A DNA stretch of 43,691 bases, taken from a virus (taxonomy: Duplodnaviria > Heunggongvirae > Uroviricota > Caudoviricetes). Of the stretch, positions 9,251 to 16,622 are shown piece after piece (positions within the stretch are counted from its first letter, which is position 1; each line of letters opens with the position of its first letter). The position numbers and the translations under genes are program-made. Under the pieces are notes generated by a model. The model worked only from the letters and a program-made list of their open reading frames with translations, was not told the origin of the DNA and searched no databases. The stretch covers positions 1 to 43,691 of IMG/VR virus record IMGVR_UViG_2645727945_000025. One strand, given 5' to 3'.

Positions 9251-9421
9251 TCAGAATGGACATGGCCCAAGGAAATAACGCTGATTTAATACTTCAGTCT
9301 TTGCCGCATTTAAAAATACGCGAACACCTTCACGATCTCCCTTCTGGCGATACATTAACGCCTGCTGCGTGTACATGCGTCTCTGTAACTTACTCTCCTT
9401 CACTGTGGTTGCAAGTGACAT
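9251..9421 (-). CDS. Small ORF (56 aa) in the kil/arf position
   Basis: ATG with strong AAGGAGATATTC RBS; below track size threshold. Confidence 0.35.
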   Translation of the reverse strand: MSLATTVKESKLQRRMYTQQALMYRQKGDREGVRVFLNAAKTEVLNQRYFLGPCPF

Positions 9422-9633
9422 GAATATCTCCTTCGTTACCGATTAATTCTTTCATCTGACGAATGAATTCTTCGTCTGACCAGTTATCTGTAAAGCTCAT
9501 TTCCTGCGATACCACGGAAGGTTGATAGCTGATTTCATCGCTTTATTTGCTTCAAGCCACATTTTGGAATCACCAATAAATCGGGCTATTACTGCTTTGT
9601 TTTGTGCAGCACGAAGCATCTGGTGATTGATGG

Positions 9634-9768
9634 CTATTTCATTGCGCATAACGCCTCCAGTTGTTTCTTTGCTGCTCTGATTAATTGTTTAACTCGGCGT
9701 GATAATTCAGATTCGTGCGGGTAGAAAGCGGACATGACGCCGCTACCCGCGAACTGAAAGTGCATCAT
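9634..9768 (-). CDS. cIII-like small protein (44 aa)
   Basis: Track ORF 9634-9873; AAGGAG RBS before internal Met36; position and sequence style match lambdoid cIII. Confidence 0.5.
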   Translation of the reverse strand: MMHFQFAGSGVMSAFYPHESELSRRVKQLIRAAKKQLEALCAMK

Positions 9769-9830
9769 GGGTAACTCCTTCTGTTTGATTGCATAACGAA
9801 AACGCCTCAATTGAAGCGTTATTGGTATGC

Positions 9831-9858
9831 ATATAAAAAGGCCCTCACACTGGAGGGC
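9831..9858 (-). terminator. Intrinsic terminator upstream of the cIII-like gene (approx.)
   Basis: Minus strand: GCCCTC-CAGTGT-GAGGGC hairpin followed by CTTTTTATAT. Confidence 0.4.
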
Positions 9859-9994
9859 AAAGAAGATTTCCAATAATCAGAACAAGTCGGCTCCTGTTTA
9901 GTTACGAGCGACATTGCTCCGTGTATTCACTCGTTGGAATGAATACACAGTGCAGTGTTTATTCTGTTGTTTATGCCAAAAATAAAGGCCACCA

Positions 9995-10195
9995 TCAGGC
10001 AGCCTTGTTATTCTGTTTACCAAGTTCTCTGGCAATCATTGCCGTAGTTCGTATTGCCCATTTATCGACATACTTCCCATCCTCCATTACAGGAAGCATT
10101 TCTTCAGGCTTAACCATGCATTCCGATTGCAGTTTGCATCCATTGCATCGCTTGAATTGTCCACACCATTGATTTTTATCAATAGTCGTAGTCAT
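9995..10195 (-). CDS. Hypothetical Cys-rich protein (66 aa)
   Basis: Track ORF; hairpin plus T-run on the minus strand follows its stop. Confidence 0.45.
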   Translation of the reverse strand: MTTTIDKNQWCGQFKRCNGCKLQSECMVKPEEMLPVMEDGKYVDKWAIRTTAMIARELGKQNNKAA

Positions 10196-10445
10196 AAGGA
10201 TAGTCCTGGTATTGCTCCATCACATCCTGCGGATGCTCTTCGAACTCTTCAAATTCTTCTTCCATATCTCACCTCAAATAAGTGGTTTGCTGCCTAATTT
10301 CATTTTCTGGCGACCAACACAAGCCACACCCATTTCACTGCGTGGCTTGCGGTAGTAAAGATTGTGCCTATCTTTTAACCACATCAGGCTCGGTGGTTCT
10401 CGTGTACCCCTACAGCGAGAAAAATAGTAAAATCCTCTCACCCCC

Positions 10446-10808
10446 TTATTTTGTCAGGGGGATATCTCCTTCAGTTCTGACCATTCGCCTTAATACTTTC
10501 CTTAAGTCGATGTAAAGTTGAAGGTCTCCATTTGCTGCGGCATCAGCCATTTTTTGCCTGACAAGCAGTAATGTTTCATACGGCTCAATAAGAATATCGT
10601 CATGAGTAATTAGGTGAAGCGTTGCCGCATCAACTATTCCTAGAGCTGCGCCAAGTATCAAAAATTCCCTGCTATTTTTGTCGCATGAGGAGATAAGCGT
10701 ATTTAGCGCATACCTAATATTCTTTATAGCTGTTGTTAATTCTGCAATTTCTTCTATGGCGTCTTCTCCAATGAGCTTTTCAAGCTCATATTTTTCTTCC
10801 TGACCCAT
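10446..10808 (-). CDS. Hypothetical AT-rich early gene (120 aa from Met24)
   Basis: Track ORF 10446-10877; GAGGT RBS before Met24; lower GC than neighbours. Confidence 0.45.
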   Translation of the reverse strand: MGQEEKYELEKLIGEDAIEEIAELTTAIKNIRYALNTLISSCDKNSREFLILGAALGIVDAATLHLITHDDILIEPYETLLLVRQKMADAAANGDLQLYIDLRKVLRRMVRTEGDIPLTK

Positions 10809-10810
10809 AA

Positions 10811-11083
10811 TTACCTCGCCGTCAGTTGTTTTGATTTCCGGTAGCCTGCCGCGTAAATGGCTACGTTTGGCAGGCAAATACTTCCACTGTATTCATCTGC
10901 CTTCTTGCAGCGAAGACTTCCGAGTGATGCTGCTTTATCTGCTCTGACGCAACCAGAGAGCTTTAGCGCAATCTTTCGCGCCAGTCGCTGTTCTTGCATT
11001 GCCTGTTCACGTTGAGCCTGTCTGCGTGCTCTGCGGTGATTTCTGGCGTTATCGTCAGCCAGATATGTAATGACTACTGTCAT
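10811..11083 (-). CDS. N: N-like transcription antiterminator (90 aa)
   Basis: Track ORF 10811-11155; start at Met25 with GGAGG RBS; arginine-rich N-terminus (NARNHRRARRQAQ) and C-terminus like P22 gp24; downstream of nutL. Confidence 0.7.
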   Translation of the reverse strand: MTVVITYLADDNARNHRRARRQAQREQAMQEQRLARKIALKLSGCVRADKAASLGSLRCKKADEYSGSICLPNVAIYAAGYRKSKQLTAR

Positions 11084-11123
11084 GTTGACCTCCGGGTAGG
11101 TGCACATCCTTGTGTGTCGATGA

Positions 11124-11243
11124 TTATTTGTTTTTGCGTTCCCACATCCAGTCATCTACTTCAGACCAGATAGTGAAACCGAAGCAGATGGCGAATGTGG
11201 TAACTAAACCACCGAGAATTGGGTTGGTCATGATGTCTAACAT
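11124..11243 (-). CDS. Possible 39-aa hydrophobic peptide between nutL and N
   Basis: ATG with GAGGAACAGAAA RBS; single predicted TM segment; below track threshold. Confidence 0.3.
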   Translation of the reverse strand: MLDIMTNPILGGLVTTFAICFGFTIWSEVDDWMWERKNK

Positions 11244-11414
11244 TTTCTGTTCCTCAGATGATTAGCTTTGGTGGTGTGGTAGGTGGGAGACCCATTTCGA
11301 CCCGCTTCGTCCGACTTCAATTCGGCAATAGTCCCGCAGGCCTCGCCGCTTTACGTGCGACATATTCCCGTCCATGAACCCTTCACCACACCCCAAAGCC
11401 AACTACTCTTTGGT

Positions 11415-11456
11415 TCCCGCATTTCGGCGGGACAATCCCATCAATGTTAAAGAGCC
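11415..11456 (-). promoter_or_regulatory. nutL (boxA-like plus boxB hairpin), approx.
   Basis: Minus-strand RNA contains GGCTCTTTA then UCCCGCCGAAAUGCGGGA, the same 18-nt boxB as nutR. Confidence 0.55.
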
Positions 11457-11503
11457 TGCCAATCTGTTCCGTTTGGCTACCAGCGTCCTGCTGATGGCTA
11501 AAG

Positions 11504-11588
11504 AATACTGTAGGTATTTTATTGTGTAAATACCCGAGGTATTTATTTTTGGTGAAATAATGATAAGCAAATGAATACAAAGGATATT
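11504..11588. promoter_or_regulatory. OL operators and PL promoter region (approx.)
   Basis: Three AATAC-N5-(G/A)TATT palindromes at about 11504-11518, 11529-11543, 11574-11588; minus-strand -35 TTTACA/-10 TATTCT overlap them. Confidence 0.5.
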
Positions 11589-11674
11589 TATTTTTTCGGT
11601 GTCTGCTTGTTCAGTGCTTTTTATGCGGGATATGTGAAGTGGATCCCGATAGCTATTGCTGCCGGGATTATGGG

Positions 11675-12043
11675 TTAGTCAGCGAAGGTTAAGACGAGAA
11701 TTACCTTAATGATGTCTGCTACAACAGACACGGCCATAGATAAACCAAAGACGATCCAAGCCATAGAGATGTCTTCACTACCATCGTATAGAGTTCCGTA
11801 ATCACTGGTGTAAGGCGTAAATGTCGCGCCTTGATACAATAGGTATAAGCTTGATCCATAGAGGATAAATGCAGATATCCCTTGTATTGCCATGATCACC
11901 AGAATCATGAAACGAGCTGATCTATGCGCCCAAGCCTGGCTTATTTTTTCTGATAGAGATTTCGCAATAAAAGCATGCGCTAAGCCGTAAATTGTTGAGA
12001 TTGCCAACATCCCCAAAAAGCTTGCTATAGCGGTTCCAACCAT
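11675..12043 (-). CDS. Predicted 3-TM membrane protein directly downstream of cI (rexB-like slot)
   Basis: Track ORF 11675-12064 abuts cI stop; ATG at 12043 with AAGGGG RBS or TTG at 12064; three hydrophobic helices. Confidence 0.55.
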   Translation of the reverse strand: MVGTAIASFLGMLAISTIYGLAHAFIAKSLSEKISQAWAHRSARFMILVIMAIQGISAFILYGSSLYLLYQGATFTPYTSDYGTLYDGSEDISMAWIVFGLSMAVSVVADIIKVILVLTFAD

Positions 12044-12060
12044 AATCGCCCCTTGCGTGA

Positions 12061-12777
12061 TCAAACCAGCCTTAGTTTTGTCTCAATTGCAACGCCTATA
12101 ATCTTGCAGTTTCCATTGATTGGCACGAGAGGCCATGCAGGATTAAGTCCCTTGAGGTATTTATTTCCGCCGTCGATTATCAGCTTCTTGAATGTTGCTT
12201 CGTTAGAGTCAGAAAGTTTTGCTATGACCAAGCTGCCGTTGATCGCCTCCCTTCCGGTATCGAAAAGAACGAATGTTCCCTCTGGAATGCTTAACCCAAC
12301 CGGTGCCGTCATTGAATCACCTTCCACTTTAAGCCAGAACGCATTACCTTGAATATGCGCGTCAGACTCAAGCCAAACATCTATGTCTTTAATGGTGTAT
12401 GGTTCGCATGCTTCACACCACGAGCCAGCCTGGATACTGCTTAACACCGGATACCTCTTTCCTGCTCTGTATTCCCCTGCATACCTTACGTTGGCATCGC
12501 TCTTAAGGCTTTCTGCCTGTTCTGCAACCTTGGCAGCAATTGACTGGCTAAAATCAGCAATTGAGACTTGCAACAATCGTGCAAAACCAGATGCAACCTC
12601 AACGTTTAGCGCGTTTCTGCCATTAAGATAATGCCCTACCGCTCCTTGGGTGATACCCAGTTCATCAGCGATTGAGTATTGGGTTATTCCCAATTCTTTC
12701 TTTTTTGACTCATACAAAGCCTTAAGACGCTTAGCGTCTTCGAGCTGTTCTGTCGTCAGTGATTTTTTATTTTCCAT
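12061..12777 (-). CDS. cI: CI repressor (HTH plus S24 LexA-like autocleavage domain), 238 aa
   Basis: Recalled similarity to lambda CI throughout (LTTEQLEDAKRLKALYE..., FWLKVEGDSMTAP..., C-terminal S24 domain). Confidence 0.9.
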   Translation of the reverse strand: MENKKSLTTEQLEDAKRLKALYESKKKELGITQYSIADELGITQGAVGHYLNGRNALNVEVASGFARLLQVSIADFSQSIAAKVAEQAESLKSDANVRYAGEYRAGKRYPVLSSIQAGSWCEACEPYTIKDIDVWLESDAHIQGNAFWLKVEGDSMTAPVGLSIPEGTFVLFDTGREAINGSLVIAKLSDSNEATFKKLIIDGGNKYLKGLNPAWPLVPINGNCKIIGVAIETKLRLV

Positions 12778-12877
12778 AGCTTAATTCTAATAGCTAAGGT
12801 ACTTAAACTAAAAATACCCTAAGTATTGATTGCTTTGAATACCTGTAGTATTCTTTGTTCATGGTTAATAACGGAGA
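12778..12877. promoter_or_regulatory. OR operators with divergent PRM and PR
   Basis: AATAC-N5-GTATT palindromes at 12813-12827 and 12837-12853; minus-strand TAGAAT 7 nt upstream of the cI ATG (leaderless-style PRM); plus-strand TTGATT...TATTCT before cro. Confidence 0.6.
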
Positions 12878-12883
12878 GTGCAT

Positions 12884-13078
12884 ATGATTCGAATGACACT
12901 TGCCGATTACGCCAAAATCCATGGACAGGCTAAAGCAGCCAGTGACTTTGGTGTAATCCAGTGCGCTATCAGCAAGGCCATTCTGGCAGGCCGTAACATC
13001 ATGGTTACGGTAAAGCCTGATGGCAGTGTGATTGGAGAGGAAGTTCGTCCTTTCCCAAGCAACAAGAAAAACAAATAG
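12884..13078 (+). CDS. cro: Cro repressor (64 aa)
   Basis: Recalled similarity to lambda Cro ([11 protein letters not shown]...FPSNKK); GGAGAG RBS. Confidence 0.85.
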   Translation: MIRMTLADYAKIHGQAKAASDFGVIQCAISKAILAGRNIMVTVKPDGSVIGEEVRPFPSNKKNK

Positions 13079-13084
13079 TAACAC

Positions 13085-13128
13085 CGCTCTTTAACAGTCA
13101 TGGTCATCATTCCCGCCGAAATGCGGGA
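13085..13128 (+). promoter_or_regulatory. nutR (boxA CGCTCTTTA plus boxB hairpin)
   Basis: CGCTCTTTA at about 13085-13093; boxB TCCCGCCGAAATGCGGGA at about 13111-13128. Confidence 0.55.
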
Positions 13129-13186
13129 ATACAACGCGCATACGTTGATGCGCATAACTTCTTATTTGTTAAGGAAATACTTACAT

Positions 13187-13465
13187 ATGGAACTTACAAG
13201 TACTCGCAAGAAAGCGAATGCAATTACAAGCAACATCCTGAATCGAATTGCTGTACGTGGTCAGCGAAAGGTTGCTGATGCATTAGGGATCAATGAATCG
13301 CAAATTTCGCGATGGAAAGACAGCTTTATCCCAAAGATGGCCATGCTTCTGGCTGTACTGGAGTGGGGTGTTGAAGACGAGGAGTTGGCGGAACTGGCTA
13401 AGAAAGTAGCCAGAATGCTGACAAAAGAAAAAGCCCCGAAGAACGGCGAATTCTTCGAGGCCTGA
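13187..13465 (+). CDS. cII: CII transcriptional activator (92 aa)
   Basis: Recalled similarity to lambda CII (SQISRWK...MLLAVLEWGV); AAGGAAA RBS before the internal ATG of track ORF 13100-13465. Confidence 0.8.
   Translation: MELTSTRKKANAITSNILNRIAVRGQRKVADALGINESQISRWKDSFIPKMAMLLAVLEWGVEDEELAELAKKVARMLTKEKAPKNGEFFEA
13421..13460 (-). terminator. oop-like antisense terminator overlapping the cII 3' end (approx.)
   Basis: Minus strand: CC(T)CGAAGAA-TTCGCCG-TTCTTCG(G)GG hairpin followed by CTTTTTCTTTTG; CATAAT -10-like element about 65 nt upstream. Confidence 0.4.
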
Positions 13466-13499
13466 TGTAGAAAGACTGGATCAATCCACAGGAGTAATT

Positions 13500-14144
13500 A
13501 TGACATACGAAAATGACAAATTCCAGGTTCTGAAGAGCATGAAGGTGCCAGATGATTTTAAATCAAATGGCTTTGTTTATGTGCTTTCGAATGAGTGCAT
13601 GCCAGGAATTTATAAGATTGGGATGACTAAGCATTCACCAGAAGTTAGGGCTAAAGAAATTTCAGCCTCTACTGGCGTTCCTAAGCCATTTAAGGTGATA
13701 GCAGCCTTTCATTCAAATAATCCCGCATCAGATGAAAAACTCATTCATAAAGCCTTTGCAAAAGAGAGGCTTAGTGATAATCGAGAGTTTTTCAAGCTTG
13801 AAGATAATGATCTTTCTGAATCTCTAAATGAAATAAGGGCGCTGGTTGGCCCTGAAAGAAATGGCGAGACGGCAGAATACGCAATTTACGACTCATTCAT
13901 TTCTTTTCGCCATGAAAATGAGCTTGATCTTAATGAGGAGCTTATAGAGCAAGGTCTGGGTAGTGTAGTTGGTCATCTTCCTGCGGTGAAAAATTTCCTT
14001 ATTCGCGCCGGAATTGCTTACGCGAAGCAACTGATAAGCAAATATAACTCATCGATAGTTATTAATACAGATGGCAGTGTGGTGATGGTTAAGTCTCTTG
14101 AAGCCCAATGCTTTGATGCGGAGGTTGGAAATGAGCCTGGCTGA
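13500..14144 (+). CDS. T5orf172/GIY-YIG-superfamily domain protein (214 aa), moron between cII and O
   Basis: N-terminal motif GFVYVLSN...GIYKIGMT...R...F.V...E.LIHKAF...REFF; strong AGGAG RBS; AT-rich. Confidence 0.6.
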   Translation: MTYENDKFQVLKSMKVPDDFKSNGFVYVLSNECMPGIYKIGMTKHSPEVRAKEISASTGVPKPFKVIAAFHSNNPASDEKLIHKAFAKERLSDNREFFKLEDNDLSESLNEIRALVGPERNGETAEYAIYDSFISFRHENELDLNEELIEQGLGSVVGHLPAVKNFLIRAGIAYAKQLISKYNSSIVINTDGSVVMVKSLEAQCFDAEVGNEPG

Positions 14145-14973
14145 AGTATTTTACCTGCCGAAGAGTGAACCTGTTGAACAGGAGCGAAGAGTGGCTGATA
14201 TCGATGATGGTTACACCAGATTCGCTAACGAGCTGCTGGAAGCTATCGCAAGTGCCGATTTAACCGCTCGCCAGTTGAAAGTTATGCTGGCCTACGTCCG
14301 GAAAACATATGGATTCAATAAGAAAACAGATCGAATAGCCGATGAGCAAATTGCTCAGTTAACAGGACTGTCAAGGCAGAATGTTAACAAGGCTAAAAAA
14401 GAACTGATTTCAATGAATTGCCTGTTTATGGATGGAAATCAAATCGGTGTAAACAGTGAGGTATCTGCGTGGCAATTCAGCAAGTGTCTCCAAGTTAGCA
14501 ACTTTGTCTCGAAGTTAGAGACAAAAAATGTCTCCAAATTAGAGACACTCAATGTCTCGAAGTTAGAGACACACAAAAGACATTCTTTAAAGACAAAAGA
14601 AAATATTAATAACCCCCCTATATCCCCCAAAAAAGTTTCTCAGAAGTTCGACCCGCTAGAAACAGAGTTGCCTGATTGGTTATCAGCAGAAACATGGTTG
14701 TCGTGGGTTACCTATCGCAAGGAGATAGGTAAGTCGATCAAGTCTAAGCAAAGTGTCACTCAGGCTATCAACGTTCTAAGCAGAAGTCTGGAGAAGGGAT
14801 ATACACCTGAAGAAATTATAAACCAGAGCATCGCCAGTGGTTGGCAGGGGATTTTTGAGCCCAAGACTTCAAAGGGGAAATCTCAACCGAGGCCGCAGCA
14901 TCGAGCTATGCAGGAAAACTTTGCCACCAAAGATTACGGACAAACTGAAATGCCTTCATGGGCGCAGGAGTGA
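14131..14973 (+). CDS. O: Replication initiator O (lambda O-like N-terminus)
   Basis: N-terminal similarity to lambda O (DDGY.R..N.LLEA...ADLT.RQ.KV.LA..RKTYG.NK..DRI); ori iterons inside the gene; start at Met12 (alternative 14098). Confidence 0.8.
   Translation: MSLAEVFYLPKSEPVEQERRVADIDDGYTRFANELLEAIASADLTARQLKVMLAYVRKTYGFNKKTDRIADEQIAQLTGLSRQNVNKAKKELISMNCLFMDGNQIGVNSEVSAWQFSKCLQVSNFVSKLETKNVSKLETLNVSKLETHKRHSLKTKENINNPPISPKKVSQKFDPLETELPDWLSAETWLSWVTYRKEIGKSIKSKQSVTQAINVLSRSLEKGYTPEEIINQSIASGWQGIFEPKTSKGKSQPRPQHRAMQENFATKDYGQTEMPSWAQE
14484..14615. repeat. Origin of replication: four ~19-bp iterons (TGTCTC-N7-GAGACA) plus AT-rich tract
   Basis: Tandem copies at about 14484-14502, 14504-14523, 14528-14548, 14550-14572, then an A/T-rich stretch. 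Confidence 0.65.
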
Positions 14974-14975
14974 AC

Positions 14976-15821
14976 ATGACGCTGGATGAAAAGATCTTCC
15001 AACTGGAGAAAAAACTTGCAGAATTGAGTTCTCCGCCAATTGCTATCGAGCATACAGCTGTAGAAATTGGCACTGGCATCTGTGAAAAACATGGTGAGTT
15101 TGAGCAGCGTAACCGTTACTCGACTGGGCCAATTAAGTTTGCCTCAAGACCTAGCGAATGCCCGGAATGCATGAGAGATGAGCTTATTCGGCTACAGGCA
15201 GAGAAGATTAAAATCGACGAGGAATCACGTAAGCGCAATGTCGAGTTTCTGTTGAATAATCTTGATATTCCTGAACGATTCAAGGGTTGCACACTACAGA
15301 ACTACGAGCCAGTCAACGACGATGCAAAGAGAGTGCTCAGGGTGTGTCAGGCATACGCCAGCAAATGGCCTGAGAGGTTACAGAAAGGCGGTGGGCTGGT
15401 TATGTGTGGAAAGCCTGGTACTGGAAAGAATCATCTTGCACTGGCTATCGCCTGGCACGCAATTACGGAACATCAAAGCTCAGCTATTTTCACAACGGCG
15501 CTGAAAATTGCCAGAGAATATAAATCAACATGGTCGAAAAACTCCACCCGCACTGAGGATGAAGTGATCCGACAGTTCACTAAACCTGACCTGCTAATTA
15601 TCGATGAGGTTGGTGTGCAGTTTGGAAGCGAGGCGGAAAAGATGATCATGTTCGAAATCATCAACACCCGCTACGAGCGTATGAAGCCAACAATCCTGAT
15701 TAGCAACCAGAGCAAAGATGAACTGTCTGCATTCATTGGTGAGCGTGTTATTGACAGGATGAATGATGGCGGCGGATGCACCCTTGCGTTTACATGGGAT
15801 AGTTACAGGAGCAGATCGTGA
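14976..15821 (+). CDS. DnaC-like helicase loader (IstB-type AAA+ ATPase)
   Basis: Walker A GKPGTGKNHLA and Walker B LLIIDEVG; GGAG RBS; follows O. Confidence 0.8.
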   Translation: MTLDEKIFQLEKKLAELSSPPIAIEHTAVEIGTGICEKHGEFEQRNRYSTGPIKFASRPSECPECMRDELIRLQAEKIKIDEESRKRNVEFLLNNLDIPERFKGCTLQNYEPVNDDAKRVLRVCQAYASKWPERLQKGGGLVMCGKPGTGKNHLALAIAWHAITEHQSSAIFTTALKIAREYKSTWSKNSTRTEDEVIRQFTKPDLLIIDEVGVQFGSEAEKMIMFEIINTRYERMKPTILISNQSKDELSAFIGERVIDRMNDGGGCTLAFTWDSYRSRS

Positions 15822-16108
15822 CTGGAAAAGAAATCATCCTGGAATATCTGAAAACTCATGAACAATTCTCCCCACATGAATTAGCACTGATCACCGGAAT
15901 ACCAAATAACAGAATCGCTCAAGCAGCAAGGCATATGGTGAAACAAGGACATTTGAGTGTTGTTGAGCGTAAGTGGAAGACGGTTATTTATGCAAAACGC
16001 AAAGTGAAGAAGGAGCCAATTAAAAGAAATCCAGATGGTACGGGGTGGGGATGTGCAAATCCAATGACGGCGTTTATTAATAGGGCGCTTATGGAGGTAA
16101 GGCAATGA
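15818..16108 (+). CDS. Hypothetical small HTH-like protein (96 aa, GTG start)
   Basis: Track ORF; AGGAG RBS; GTGA overlap with the preceding stop. Confidence 0.45.
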   Translation: MTGKEIILEYLKTHEQFSPHELALITGIPNNRIAQAARHMVKQGHLSVVERKWKTVIYAKRKVKKEPIKRNPDGTGWGCANPMTAFINRALMEVRQ

Positions 16109-16133
16109 CCATCTACATCACTGAGCTAATAAC

Positions 16134-16164
16134 AGGCCTGCTGGTAATCGCAGGCCTTTTTATT
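16134..16164 (+). terminator. tR2-like intrinsic terminator preceding the nin region
   Basis: AGGCCTGC-TGGTAATC-GCAGGCCT hairpin followed by TTTTTATTT. Confidence 0.6.
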
Positions 16165-16181
16165 TGGGGGAGAGGGAAGTC

Positions 16182-16622
16182 ATGAAAAAACTAACCTTTG
16201 AAATTCGATCTCCAGCACATCAGCAAAACGCTATTCACGCAGTACAGCAAATTCTTCCAGACCCAACCAAACCAATCGTAGTAACCATTCAGGAACGCAA
16301 CCGCAGCTTAGACCAAAACCGAAAGCTTTGGGCTTGCCTTGGTGACGTCTCTCGTCAGGTTGAATGGCATGGTCGCTGGCTGGATGCAGAAAGTTGGAAG
16401 TGTGTGTTTACCGCAGCATTAAAGCAGCAGGACGTTGTTCCTAACCTTGCCGGGAATGGCTTTGTGGTAATAGGCCAGTCAACCAGCAGGATGCGTGTAA
16501 GCGAATTTGCGGAGCTATTAGAGCTTATACAGGCATTCGGTACAGAGCGTGGCGTTAAGTGGTCAGACGAAGCGCGACTGGCTCTCGAATGGAAAGCGCG
16601 ATGGGGAGATCGGGCAGCATGA
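16182..16622 (+). CDS. ninB: NinB recombination protein
   Basis: Recalled near-identity to lambda NinB (MKKLTFEIRSPAHQQNAIHAVQQILPDP...). Confidence 0.85.
   Translation: MKKLTFEIRSPAHQQNAIHAVQQILPDPTKPIVVTIQERNRSLDQNRKLWACLGDVSRQVEWHGRWLDAESWKCVFTAALKQQDVVPNLAGNGFVVIGQSTSRMRVSEFAELLELIQAFGTERGVKWSDEARLALEWKARWGDRAA

Noticed and set aside
9241-9423. Plus-strand 60-aa ORF overlapping the erf start
   Set aside because: Opposite strand to a coherent minus-strand operon that has a well-supported small ORF with a strong RBS in the same interval
11383-11580. 65-aa minus-strand ORF between N and cI
   Set aside because: Spans nutL, PL and the OL operators, has no RBS and has low-complexity composition; regulatory DNA, not a gene
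14439-14630. Minus-strand 63-aa ORF in O
   Set aside because: Generated by the origin iterons, giving a repetitive FETxSVSN peptide; lies within the O gene
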